Source of the DNA: Candidatus Bathyarchaeota archaeon | Lineage (GTDB): Archaea; Thermoproteota; Bathyarchaeia; Bathyarchaeales; Bathycorpusculaceae | Direction: 5' to 3' | DNA length: 64,000 bases | Assembly: GCA_026014665.1 (NCBI GenBank) | Contig: JAOZHX010000025.1 | Span: forward strand, 23,854 to 87,853 | Shown: in pieces, positions 37,916 through 47,586 of the stretch | Position numbering within the stretch: position 1 is the first letter of the stretch | Layout of the letters: each line of letters starts with the position of its first letter | Made by a program: the position numbers and the translations under genes | The notes under the pieces: generated by a model | Told to the model about the DNA's origin: nothing | Databases searched by the model: none | Seen by the model: the letters and a program-made list of their open reading frames with translations, nothing else

Positions 37916-38350
37916 TTACCATTTTTCGGCATAGCGCCAGCTGCCTTCGAAGGTTTCCATCATGCATTTTACGCATTTTCCATACTCCATCGCTGAAATT
38001 GAGAGGATCCTGTCGCCTGTCCAGATGATACTGAAGCTGCGGCTTGGGAAACTAACTGATCCGCTGTTGGCTTCTTGTCCCATGTAATCTACGTAGATTT
38101 TTGCTTTTGTCGTGGCAATTGGAGCTAAGGCTTTGAGTTCTTCGGTGGGTATTTCGTTGAGTGGCAGAATAACCATAAGGTCTTTTTCTGTTAGAAGCGG
38201 CTTTAGTTCTTCGAGCAGCGATATGGGGATGCTGTTAATTCGGATTCGCCGTGATTTCTGGATCATTCGTTTGATTTCATCGATTCCCTCTTGAGGCGAT
38301 GCGTAGATGGTTGATATTTTGGCTTCGTATTTTCCATCAACAATCGGCAC
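37916..38350 (-). CDS. Stand-alone paralog of the TrmB effector domain
   Basis: Aligns with the C-terminal half of the upstream TrmB (GIDEIKRMIQK..IN; MEYGKCVKC). Confidence 0.75.
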   Translation of the reverse strand: MPIVDGKYEAKISTIYASPQEGIDEIKRMIQKSRRIRINSIPISLLEELKPLLTEKDLMVILPLNEIPTEELKALAPIATTKAKIYVDYMGQEANSGSVSFPSRSFSIIWTGDRILSISAMEYGKCVKCMMETFEGSWRYAEKW

Positions 38351-38362
38351 GTCCTTTGCCTC

Positions 38363-39109
38363 CTATGGGTTGCTTGCGTTCCAACCCATGCTGCTCCAGC
38401 CTGCAAAGCAACGTTGACATTCATCATAGAGCATTTCGTCGATGATGAAGTTATGGTCGACTGGGTCTTGGAAAGCAGTGAAGGTGCGTTCCTCATCAAG
38501 TGTAATGGACATAGAAGGGACTTCTTTGTTGCGGATTATGGTCACGATGGCGATTTCTGCCTGCTTAAATGTTGCTTTTGGAATTAAGGGTTTAGTTTCA
38601 CCTGGAAACATGAGTACTCTGACGACGGCGTCAGGGGCGAATGAGTCGCTTACTTTCTTTAAAAAGACTGAGGTAGCGTTATTTATTTCAACCGTCTTAG
38701 CTTTGCTGATTTCCTCTTTTAATCTATCCAACCCGATGTTGAATTTTTTAATAACAAACTTCTCCATCATGGTAGATGCCTCCTTTTGTAGCCTCGACTG
38801 AACTGATCCCAAGAAGAGGGCGTAGTCTTCTTTGACCCTATCGAACACTGCGGTCGGTTGGATTGCCTTAATGAGCAGTGGCACGCCCGAATACACTTTC
38901 ACCCAACCCTTACCGCGAAGCGCTTCGAGCACCGAATAGATTCTGGTGCGGGGCACCCCTGACTTTTCAGACGCCCAAGTCGCAGTGGACACGTGAGTGT
39001 TAAGTAGGGCAAGGTAGGCTTTGGCTTCATACTCGGTTAAGCCCAATTTCTGGAGCAGTTCAATGACGCTATTATTCATCTCTCCATCAAGAACTCCTAA
39101 AGGATTCAT
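38363..39109 (-). CDS. TrmB-family transcriptional regulator
   Basis: LGLTEYEAKAYLALL, SGVPRTRIYSVLEAL..KGWV HTH signature. Confidence 0.92.
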   Translation of the reverse strand: MNPLGVLDGEMNNSVIELLQKLGLTEYEAKAYLALLNTHVSTATWASEKSGVPRTRIYSVLEALRGKGWVKVYSGVPLLIKAIQPTAVFDRVKEDYALFLGSVQSRLQKEASTMMEKFVIKKFNIGLDRLKEEISKAKTVEINNATSVFLKKVSDSFAPDAVVRVLMFPGETKPLIPKATFKQAEIAIVTIIRNKEVPSMSITLDEERTFTAFQDPVDHNFIIDEMLYDECQRCFAGWSSMGWNASNP

Positions 39110-39160
39110 AAAAATAAAAAACTACTGTAACCCAGAAGAGTGACATCGCCCTTGCTTCTT

Positions 39161-39178
39161 TTTAAAAGGGGGAGGGGG
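39161..39178 (-). promoter_or_regulatory. Recurrent CCCTCCCCCT-TTTAAA motif, copy 3; probable TATA of the trmB operon
   Basis: Plus strand TTTAAAAGGGGGAGGGGG, ~50 nt upstream of the trmB start. Confidence 0.45.
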
Positions 39179-39198
39179 ATATTGGTGGAGCAATATGG

Positions 39199-41265
39199 TT
39201 ATGATGCTTTAGGGTTTATTGAGCCTTTAGTGTAAGGTATGAACTCACGTACCTGCTCAACGCTTATTTTACCAATTTTTTCTCGTTGCTCCTTACTCAA
39301 CTTACTTGTGAGCGTTCGCAACACCATCTGCAGCAGCTCTTTACCCTGATAATCGCCAGGCTGAATAACCACATAATTATTGGTTTTCGCTTTCACCGAA
39401 TCGATGGGTCCGCCAACAAAGCATGCCTTCTCGCCCACGACTATACCGACTGCAATGCGGAGCGGCGTGTTGCGGTACCAGTTACGTTTGCCGAGCACGA
39501 AGAAGGCGCCGTGGGGGACAGATTCTCCGCTGGGTCCACTTTTGCTAAGCTGATCTACCTTAACCCAATAAACATCCGCAGTCGCTGCATTCTCACGCCA
39601 AGCACGGCTGTATGATGCCGCCGCTTCTGCTGCTTCGTTAAGGGTTGCTTCGCTTGGCTCCTTTCCTTCAGTTTTTATAACCACGAAAGGAGAACCCGTG
39701 ATTTCAGCGTGAAACACAACATCTTCCTGATTGGTGTATTTTTTAATTAAAACTTCATTGCTAACTGTATCCTTACCTGCAACCACCAAGAAGCCGCCCG
39801 ATGAAATGAAATGACGAAATTTCTCAAACCATTCTTTGTTTTCCATTTCAGCTCTGCGTTTAGAAAGCGTCTCCATAATTTGGGCTGGCTTGAGTGTTTT
39901 AAGCTCCTCCGCTTGCTGTAGCTCCCGCTCAACTTTTGCAAGCTGCTTCTTGGAATCCTCAAGTGCCCTCATCGCACCTGCAACTTTCTGTTTTGCCCGT
40001 TTACCACGTTCATAATATTCGTTAGCGTTGTCGAAGAGGGAGCGCCGAAGATTTATACTGAAATGACAACTATCTAGGGCTAAGTTTAAAGCAAGGTTTT
40101 TGCTGTCGAAGGATTCCACATATATCGCAGGAACTTTCCCTGCTTTCTTGGCCGTCATGACCGTTTGAGCGATTGTGTTCCAGTCGTTGCCTGCAATGTT
40201 GGCTTTTAACAGTTGCTCTTGGAAAGTTTGAAGTTCGTTAAAGTGAGCGTATATGGTGTCACCGATATGTTTGTCTCGCTCAGATTTCTTTTCATCGGCA
40301 GCAATGGATTTTTCTTGTTCAGCGATGACGCGTTTAAGCCTTTGCGCTTCCTGCTTTAACCTATCGTTTTCAAAGCTTGTTAACGCACGTTCAGATGCGG
40401 TAACACGAAAGTAGAATTCGTCTAACGCCTCATTATACGACGCATAAGTTTGTGTCTTATAGTGCTCATAACGCTTAAGTTTGAAGGGTACAACATCTAC
40501 GAATTCCCCGTCTGAGCCCAGAATGATGTATGGCTCAAACTTGCCTTCCCTGACTGCTTCAAGGAGGCTTTGAAGCGCCCTAAAAATCCCCTCTGCCTCT
40601 CCTTCGGTTAACGTATTCGAGGGTTTGTTTTTCTCTACGTTGGCTCTCTGCAGAATTTCTTCGGCGTAAACGCCACCGACGCCTAAAAACCGTGCCAACG
40701 TCCTCACCGTCTCAGCGTCACCGGCGTCCTGTAAGCCTAGCTCAAGTTCAGGTAAGGTGACGCCGAAGGGGTTTTTGCCGCTTGGCGGCGGAAAAGCTAG
40801 AACTTCATTGCGCAATATGTTGCGGTCGCGCATGCGCTTAAATTCCAGTGCTTGGAGGATGATGTTTTCTTCGTTCGTTAGGATAATGTTTCCGTCGCCG
40901 AAAAGCTCCACAACCAGCTTAAGCGTGCCCGTTTTGGTTTTGAAATGGATGGTTACGATCCTTTCAAAGTCCACCTGTTCTATGCTTGTAAGCCAAGAAT
41001 CACGCAGGTATCTCCTGAGGATCATGCAGAACGGTGGGGGTTCAGCTGGGCTTTCCTCAGTGTAAGCAGTTAAATGGAGACGTCTGCCAGCTTCAATGGT
41101 GAAGCGGATGGAGGGTTTGTCGGTTTTGTGTAGTTTGAAAGTGAAGGTTTTCTCTGCGAATTGGTAGATGTTGTTCACTCTGGAGTCTGCGATTTGTCTT
41201 TTAAGTTCACTTATTGTTGCTGCGATGTCGAAGCTGGTGAATTCTTTTTTTGGCAAGGTTTTCAC
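39199..41265 (-). CDS. rqc2: Ribosome quality-control protein Rqc2/NEMF (NFACT family)
   Basis: FTSFDI, ELFGDGNIIL, NANEYYE..K, WFEKFR, GKD..SNE.L, FHA...GSP, GAF NFACT motifs. Confidence 0.93.
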   Translation of the reverse strand: MKTLPKKEFTSFDIAATISELKRQIADSRVNNIYQFAEKTFTFKLHKTDKPSIRFTIEAGRRLHLTAYTEESPAEPPPFCMILRRYLRDSWLTSIEQVDFERIVTIHFKTKTGTLKLVVELFGDGNIILTNEENIILQALEFKRMRDRNILRNEVLAFPPPSGKNPFGVTLPELELGLQDAGDAETVRTLARFLGVGGVYAEEILQRANVEKNKPSNTLTEGEAEGIFRALQSLLEAVREGKFEPYIILGSDGEFVDVVPFKLKRYEHYKTQTYASYNEALDEFYFRVTASERALTSFENDRLKQEAQRLKRVIAEQEKSIAADEKKSERDKHIGDTIYAHFNELQTFQEQLLKANIAGNDWNTIAQTVMTAKKAGKVPAIYVESFDSKNLALNLALDSCHFSINLRRSLFDNANEYYERGKRAKQKVAGAMRALEDSKKQLAKVERELQQAEELKTLKPAQIMETLSKRRAEMENKEWFEKFRHFISSGGFLVVAGKDTVSNEVLIKKYTNQEDVVFHAEITGSPFVVIKTEGKEPSEATLNEAAEAAASYSRAWRENAATADVYWVKVDQLSKSGPSGESVPHGAFFVLGKRNWYRNTPLRIAVGIVVGEKACFVGGPIDSVKAKTNNYVVIQPGDYQGKELLQMVLRTLTSKLSKEQREKIGKISVEQVREFIPYTKGSINPKAS

Positions 41266-41402
41266 TTGATACTGAGATGGTATTGTTGATAACTACAAGA
41301 TAACGTTTTCATTGGATATAGAAAATTAGGTTGGGAAACGGTAATATTTAGGCATGTTTTTTAAGAAGAACAAAATATTACTTCGCCAAGGACGAGATTT
41401 GG

Positions 41403-41702
41403 TTGACACCGATAGTTCAGCTCTACTGGATACGCGTTTCCTTAGGTATTGTAGCCGCAGTCATAACAGCGCTGTACGCTGCTTATTTAGGCAGCGCCAC
41501 CGAATTAACCACTCTTCTAAACTGCATAAGCATCGCTATAATCATATATTTCATCAGCTATTACGTGCTTAAGCCCTTTTACAAAACCAAGATAGAGAAA
41601 CAATCTAAAATCTTAAGCACAGGCATAGGCATGTACTTCTTCGCCTGGTTCGCCTTCCTAGTCCTGTTTTACACAATTATCAGGACGTCTATGCCTCTTT
41701 AG
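41403..41702 (+). CDS. Three-TM protein resembling EMC6/Rab5ip
   Basis: LYWIRVSLGIVAA...GIGMYFFAWFAFLVLFYT; size and motif spacing resemble EMC6. Confidence 0.65.
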   Translation: MTPIVQLYWIRVSLGIVAAVITALYAAYLGSATELTTLLNCISIAIIIYFISYYVLKPFYKTKIEKQSKILSTGIGMYFFAWFAFLVLFYTIIRTSMPL

Positions 41703-42169
41703 GTTGACTGTTTACTTTCAGGCTCGCCTTTCTTCAAAAAATTCGCTATAGTTGCTTGACTTTTATCGCTTTTCAGAGTCTCGATTTTTTGTTCCCCAAC
41801 TGCTTTACCGTTCTGTGAACCAGGGATGTCCATGCGGGAGATGATACGCATGCAATCTGCCCAAGCGGAAAAGTATCCTCGGTCGAAGTCGCCGTGTAAG
41901 CCGTTGCCCATATGCGTAAGGAATTCTTTTCTGTAGTTGTTGAGGGCTACTTTGTCGCTTAAGTCGATTTTTGAGAGGAAAGCGTAATCGTCGGTTGCGC
42001 TGTTTTTACGGGAGAGGTACATGCCATAGAGTGCACGGAAGTAACCTCGGTTCCACTCCGTCTTCTGCATTTTCTGTTTAACCCGCTCTAATTCACGTTC
42101 TGCTTCGGTGAATTGGCGGTTAATGATGAGTTGAAAGTAGCGTGTGACTAGGGCTTGCGAGATGGGCAT
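41699..42169 (-). CDS. Helical hypothetical protein coupled to radA, with duplicated RGYF motif
   Basis: Starts immediately after the radA stop; WNRGYFRAL and FDRGYFSAW repeats. Confidence 0.75.
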   Translation of the reverse strand: MPISQALVTRYFQLIINRQFTEAERELERVKQKMQKTEWNRGYFRALYGMYLSRKNSATDDYAFLSKIDLSDKVALNNYRKEFLTHMGNGLHGDFDRGYFSAWADCMRIISRMDIPGSQNGKAVGEQKIETLKSDKSQATIANFLKKGEPESKQST

Positions 42170-43216
42170 TTATCTTCTACTCTTGGTTGCTTTCTCCTCT
42201 TCGGAGACATCTTCTATTCCGTTCTCGGTAACTTTAAGGATTTCCTCTCCCTCAGGCAAATACGGACTTGAAACCAACCTTGCAATGCGTATTGGTCCAT
42301 GCGAAGCGCGACGGAGGTAGACACGGGTGTGGCTGGTGTGCCCCACAATGTTGCCGCCGATGGGGTGGATGGCGTCACCGAAGAACTGGTCTGGTTTAGC
42401 CATTACTTGGTTGGTCACGACTGCGACGGCGTTGAATGCGCGTGCTAACGCTACGAGTTTATGCATGTGTTTGTTTAGCTTCTGTTGTCTAGATGCAAGC
42501 ATCTCTCTGCCGATGTATTCGCTTCGAAAGTGCGCGGTGAGTGAGTCAATGATGATTAATTTGATGTTATTGCCCTTAATGATTTCATCTGCGTTCTCAA
42601 GCAGAAACATTTGATGATCTGAAGTGTAGGCTTCGGCATAAATAATGTTCTTTACGGCTTGCTCAGGGTCTAAGCCTACAAATTTAGCCATCTGCACAAT
42701 ACGTTCCAAACGGAAAGTGTTCTCCGTGTCTATGTAGAGTGCAGAGCCGTTGAGTCCACCGCGTTCCGGCGGTAGCTGGACGTTGACGCAAAGTTGGTGG
42801 CAGACTTGGCTTTTGCCACTACCATATTCACCATAGAACTCGGTTATGGTCTGGGTTTCTAATCCGCCGTCGAGGATTTTGTCCAGCGCTTTGCTGCCGC
42901 TCGTGAGGCGCAGAACAGTTTTGCGCATCTTGAAAAGCTCATCTGCGCGGATGAATGAGATGCCGATTGAAGAGCGCGCAGCTTCAATGATTTGGAAGGC
43001 TTTTTTCTCGCTGACGCCGACAGGTTCCAGTTCACGGCTGGTTGCCATGGCTAAAGACTCCACAGTGTGGTAGCCAAGTTCTCGGAGTTTTGCTGCGGTT
43101 GCAGGCCCGACGCCTGGCAGGTCTTCTATGAACTGGTATTTCTTTTTATTTTCTTCGATTTCAGCTTCTTTTTCGCTTTTTTCTTCTATCGGTAACTCGT
43201 CAGTGGGTTCAGACAT
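42170..43216 (-). CDS. radA: DNA recombinase RadA
   Basis: HhH LPGVGPATA, Walker A GEYGSGKS, Walker B IIIDS, RQQKL, GGNIVGH. Confidence 0.97.
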   Translation of the reverse strand: MSEPTDELPIEEKSEKEAEIEENKKKYQFIEDLPGVGPATAAKLRELGYHTVESLAMATSRELEPVGVSEKKAFQIIEAARSSIGISFIRADELFKMRKTVLRLTSGSKALDKILDGGLETQTITEFYGEYGSGKSQVCHQLCVNVQLPPERGGLNGSALYIDTENTFRLERIVQMAKFVGLDPEQAVKNIIYAEAYTSDHQMFLLENADEIIKGNNIKLIIIDSLTAHFRSEYIGREMLASRQQKLNKHMHKLVALARAFNAVAVVTNQVMAKPDQFFGDAIHPIGGNIVGHTSHTRVYLRRASHGPIRIARLVSSPYLPEGEEILKVTENGIEDVSEEEKATKSRR

Positions 43217-43507
43217 GAATGTTCACGTTTAGTGTTGATGTGTATTGTGGGCTATTTAAAACAAGCGAATAATGTGCCCCTGCAGTCAGTAGAGAGGTGG
43301 GTGAAAGTGAATTTTACTACGACCATACGTATGATCGTGGCAACTATGCTTAGGGTGGGAGAAAACCCATTCATTAAACGAGAGAAAGCGATTATAAACT
43401 AACCCCTTTCTTGTTAACTATGCAACATGCCAATGATGTATATATCGGCATGTTAGCAACAATTAAAAGCCCACACCGCCTATCGCTTCATAACGAGGAT
43501 ATTAACC

Positions 43508-44158
43508 ATGTCAGAACGATTCGCGAAAAAATGGGAGCAAAAAAGAGAAGAACAAACCACGATAAACGCCATCCGAGACACCATCCAACCTCCACCCCCT
43601 CTCAAACCCCGCCTCGAATTAGCCACAAGAAAACTCGACATGCAAATCAACAAACTCGACCAAGCCAACGAACGCTTCACACAAAAAGACCGCGCCCTCT
43701 TCAACAAGCTCGTCAACGCCTACACTCAACATGACCAAGCTCACGCAAACATATACGCCACTGAACTTGCCGAAATCAGAAAAATGAGCAAGCTCATAAT
43801 GAACGCACGTCTAGCACTTGACCAAGTCTCCCTGCGCATAAAGACGGTCAGCGAACTAGGCGACGTCGTCGCCACTCTAGGACCCTGCATAGGCGTACTT
43901 CGCAGTGTCAGCAACGGGCTAGGCGGAGTGTTGCCTGAAGCCGAAGGTGAATTGGGTGACATAGGCAATCTGCTTAGCGGATTGATGTTTGAAGCAGGTG
44001 CATCCAGCGGTATGTCGCTAAACTTTGAAAACGTTAACGAAGATGCTGCAAAAATTCTAGCTGAAGCAGCTACAGTTGCAGAACAAAGAGTAAGCGCAAA
44101 CTTCCCAGACCTGCCTCCTGGAATGCCGACCAATGCGACCAACAAAGCGCAAACCTGA
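43508..44158 (+). CDS. ESCRT-III/Snf7-family protein (CdvB-like)
   Basis: Snf7 core (ELAEIRKM...LALDQVSLRIKT), C-terminal A..IL.EA and FPDLP Vps4-interaction-like motif. Confidence 0.88.
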   Translation: MSERFAKKWEQKREEQTTINAIRDTIQPPPPLKPRLELATRKLDMQINKLDQANERFTQKDRALFNKLVNAYTQHDQAHANIYATELAEIRKMSKLIMNARLALDQVSLRIKTVSELGDVVATLGPCIGVLRSVSNGLGGVLPEAEGELGDIGNLLSGLMFEAGASSGMSLNFENVNEDAAKILAEAATVAEQRVSANFPDLPPGMPTNATNKAQT

Positions 44159-44299
44159 ATGAACAGCTAATTCTGCGCTAACACTCTCCTTTTTTATTTA
44201 TTTACTATTATGTTGTAAAAGAAATGCGATTGTTTCTTTGCACGTTACCTCAAAATACCTGTTCTAACGATTGGACTTATATTCACCCTGTACCCCTAA

Positions 44300-44767
44300 T
44301 TGTCCAAAGAGGTCGACTGGTTGAACGGATGCGAAGAAACAGAATTAGAATATGCCCTTCGAGGCAAAGCCTGGAAAGTCTACTGGTTTCTTCTCAAAAC
44401 CGGTTGCCCAGTGGGTGTTCGTGAAGTTCAACGCGCCCTGCATTTTAGCAGTCCCAGCATTGCTTTTCACCATCTTGAGCAACTTCGTGAACTGGGATTG
44501 GTTGAGAAGCAGGATGTCGGCGGCCATTACACGTTGGTCGGCGAAGTGAAGATTGGTGTTTTGCGGCATTATGTAAAATTAGGGAAGCTTTTGTTTCCAA
44601 GATTTTTCTTCTACGCCCTTTTTTCAACAATCTTTTATGTTGCGTATTTAGCGCTTATGGTACACAGTTTCACACGGGACAACCTCTTCATAATCTCTTT
44701 TGGAGCAATCGTTTGCGTAATATTTTGGTATGAGGCTTATCGCATATGGGGAATGCGGCCATTCTAA
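44300..44767 (+). CDS. Membrane-anchored winged-helix regulator (HTH plus 2 TM)
   Basis: GVREVQRALHFSSPSIAFHHLEQL..LGLV HTH followed by two TM helices. Confidence 0.82.
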   Translation: MSKEVDWLNGCEETELEYALRGKAWKVYWFLLKTGCPVGVREVQRALHFSSPSIAFHHLEQLRELGLVEKQDVGGHYTLVGEVKIGVLRHYVKLGKLLFPRFFFYALFSTIFYVAYLALMVHSFTRDNLFIISFGAIVCVIFWYEAYRIWGMRPF

Positions 44768-44844
44768 CTATTAGAACAGCATGTTCGCATGCTTAGCATA
44801 AAATAAAATCATCCAATAGTCTAATATGTAGGAGAAAAAAGAGC

Positions 44845-46842
44845 ATGGTACAAAAAGAAGTAAAGAAAAAAACAAGCATTTACGCGATAATTGCAATCTT
44901 CTCAGCGATACTTTTGGTTTCAATGGTTTATACGTTAGGTTCATCGCCAAACCTACAGGATTCATCCACATTAACGTCCTCGCCGCTCCCCAGTTCAACC
45001 AACCCACCAGAGGGCTGGGGAATGAGACCATTCTCCTCGATCGATGAACTAAAAACTTACCTTATCAACAACACCCAACAAAGCTATTGGTTAACCGCTG
45101 GAGGAACCTACGCTGCCAATTCAGCCCTCGCACCAGAGGCGCAAAGAGCAGGTGGTGAGGATTATTCAACCACTAACATTCAAGTCGCTGGCGTGGATGA
45201 AGCTGATACCGTAAAAACAGACGGAAAGTACATTTACACCATATCCAGTATTCAAAACATCGGCTACTACTATTCCAACAGCTACTATCCACAAACCAGC
45301 AACAATGTTTACATAATAAACGCTGACCCTCAAAACGCAAGAGTTATAGCCAAAATAACCCTCGACAATGACACAACACCAGTTGGGCTATTCCTCAGCC
45401 AAGACAGCAACAGACTCATCGTCATTGCGAGTAGATACCAGTACTCCACCACCGTTGATCCGAGAGCTTCTCTAACGATTATGCCCTATTGGAGCTATCA
45501 ATCCACGGCCATATACGGCTATGACATTTCAAACAAAGCTGCCCCTGTCTTGGCAAGAAACCTCACCGTCACTGGAAGCTACTTTAACTCACGCATGATA
45601 GGCAACTACCTCTATGCTGTAGTCAGCCAAGATGCATACGTCTACAACGATATCGTTCCTCTTCCAGCAATCTATGAAGACGGAAGAATGCAGGGGTCCC
45701 AAGCGACTAGTATCTATTACGCCGATATGAATCAGTCAACATATTTCTCCTTCACGAGTTTCTACGGCATAAACGTCCTTGATGACCAGCAATCACCAAC
45801 AAACATGACTGTGCTGATGAGTGGAGCAAGTACAATGTATGTTTCTCTCGGCAACATCTACGTGGCTTATCCGAACTGGGCGAATGGAAACTCCTTTACC
45901 TCAATCTATAGGGTGAAGATAGATGGTTTAAACCTGAGGTTTGAGGCGCAAGGCAGCGTTCCAGGCTACACCATAAATCAGTATGCCATGGATGAATACG
46001 ATGGCAACCTAAGAATAGCAACTAACCTATATCAATATACAGACAAGTCTTTTGCCACCGCAACCCAGACTAACAATGTTTATGTCCTAAACCAAAACCT
46101 AACAATCATAGGCAAACTAGAGGGTCTGGCAAAAGGAGAAAACCTCCATGCCGCCAGATTTATGGGTAATAGGGGTTATTTAGTTACATTCAAAAAAACT
46201 GACCCCTTATTCGCCATAGACCTAAGCCAACCAACAAACCCCAAAGTGCTGGGCGAGCTTAAAATCCCCGGCTACTCCGATTACCTCCATCCATACGATG
46301 AAACCCATTTGATTGGTCTTGGAAAAGAAGCGGTGGAAGCTCAGGAGGGCGATTTTGCGTGGTACCAAGGGTTGAAGTTGGCACTCTTCGATGTCAGCGA
46401 CGTTAACAAACCCACACACATCTCAAGCGTCACCATTGGCGACAGAGGCACAGATTCGACCGCATTGTATGAGCCGAAGGCTTTCCTCTTCGATAAATCC
46501 AAGAACCTGCTTGTAATTCCGGTAACCCTTGCTGTTGTGCCTGAATCTCAGAAGCAACAAGGCGCATCGGCCTACGGTGAAATGGTTTGGCAGGGTGCCT
46601 GTATTTTCAGCGTCACAGACACTGGACTTTCATTGAGGGGAAATGTGACCCATCTTGACACATCGGCAATATCGAGCAGCAGCGCTTTCTTTAACCAGCA
46701 GTCATTAATTTGGGATCAACAGAAAAACTTCATAGTTCGCTCGCTCTACATCGGCAACACATTATACACCATATCCAACGCACAAGTGAAACTAAACAAC
46801 TTAGCTGACCTCTCGGAAATCGCAACCGTAAAGCTAAACTAA
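44845..46842 (+). CDS. Membrane-anchored secreted beta-propeller protein (COG4880/Beta_propel-like)
   Basis: YSTTNIQVAGVDEADTVKTDG, NQYAMDEYDG.LRIAT, DPLFAIDLS.P..P, LKIPGYSDYLHP. Confidence 0.92.
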   Translation: MVQKEVKKKTSIYAIIAIFSAILLVSMVYTLGSSPNLQDSSTLTSSPLPSSTNPPEGWGMRPFSSIDELKTYLINNTQQSYWLTAGGTYAANSALAPEAQRAGGEDYSTTNIQVAGVDEADTVKTDGKYIYTISSIQNIGYYYSNSYYPQTSNNVYIINADPQNARVIAKITLDNDTTPVGLFLSQDSNRLIVIASRYQYSTTVDPRASLTIMPYWSYQSTAIYGYDISNKAAPVLARNLTVTGSYFNSRMIGNYLYAVVSQDAYVYNDIVPLPAIYEDGRMQGSQATSIYYADMNQSTYFSFTSFYGINVLDDQQSPTNMTVLMSGASTMYVSLGNIYVAYPNWANGNSFTSIYRVKIDGLNLRFEAQGSVPGYTINQYAMDEYDGNLRIATNLYQYTDKSFATATQTNNVYVLNQNLTIIGKLEGLAKGENLHAARFMGNRGYLVTFKKTDPLFAIDLSQPTNPKVLGELKIPGYSDYLHPYDETHLIGLGKEAVEAQEGDFAWYQGLKLALFDVSDVNKPTHISSVTIGDRGTDSTALYEPKAFLFDKSKNLLVIPVTLAVVPESQKQQGASAYGEMVWQGACIFSVTDTGLSLRGNVTHLDTSAISSSSAFFNQQSLIWDQQKNFIVRSLYIGNTLYTISNAQVKLNNLADLSEIATVKLN

Positions 46843-46847
46843 CAATC

Positions 46848-46855
46848 TTTTTTTT
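46848..46855 (+). terminator. Oligo-T terminator after the beta-propeller gene
   Basis: T8 tract 5 nt after the stop codon. Confidence 0.5.
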
Positions 46856-46962
46856 GTTTCAAAGCCTTTTTTCATTTGATGCAACTTATGGCTTTTCTAA
46901 GGCTTAGGTATCTTGAAGCCCGACAATTCGCGTTGTTAAGGAGATTATGAAGCTTTCATCGT

Positions 46963-47424
46963 TTAATGTAATGCATGTTCAATTGGCTTTCGACCGGTTG
47001 CTTTACGGGTGAACAATAGGTATCCAATAGCTGTTGCCGCTGCTAGTAGGATTCCAACTGTGATGGGAAAGTTTCCATTGCACTCTTAGATTGGGATTCG
47101 AGTGGTCTTGTTCTTGGGTTGGTCGAGGGTTGGTTGATCTGTAGATGTTGGCTCAGCTGGAGGCATTGTTGGCTGAGGGTCTGTTGGAGGTGTGGATGAG
47201 GATGTTGGTGGCTCAGGTTAGTTCTGCGGAATTATCGTTTTTGGCATAGCAATGATGTCATTTACGGACAAGGTGACCTAATTGGTCGGTGAAACCTCTA
47301 TTCGTAGGATCCAACCTGCCGGGCTTGCGCTGAGGTCTGTTGCTTGGGCTAAAACTTGGTTTAAGGAGTTGGATGATATTAGTATGCTTGCGATTAGCAA
47401 GAAGAGAATAATTTTCTCTTTCAA
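46963..47424 (-). pseudogene. Decayed surface-anchored molybdopterin-oxidoreductase-like gene (signal peptide, Moco-domain fragment, P/T linker, TM anchor)
   Basis: One frame from TTG 47424: LKEKIILFLLIASILIS...WILRIEVSPTN*VTLSVNDIIAMPKT...*PEPPTSSSTPP...*...ITVGILLAAATAIGYLLFTRK; stops at 47278, 47218 and 47086. Confidence 0.7.
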
Positions 47425-47586
47425 AGTATTCACGTAAATATATGACATTGTCATATTCTAAATCTTGGCACATCACTCCCTTCAAAAGAGACCACACAAC
47501 AAATAGATGTTGCCAACTTTTTTGAAGTACATGCATGTGATGCTTTGCAGCCAAGTTTCAGCCCCAAAGAGGCATAACAGCAATCA

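Noticed and set aside
43309-43404. Small ~31-codon ORF with a GGTGGGTGA SD in the radA/cdvB gap
   Set aside because: Too short and featureless to support without conservation data.
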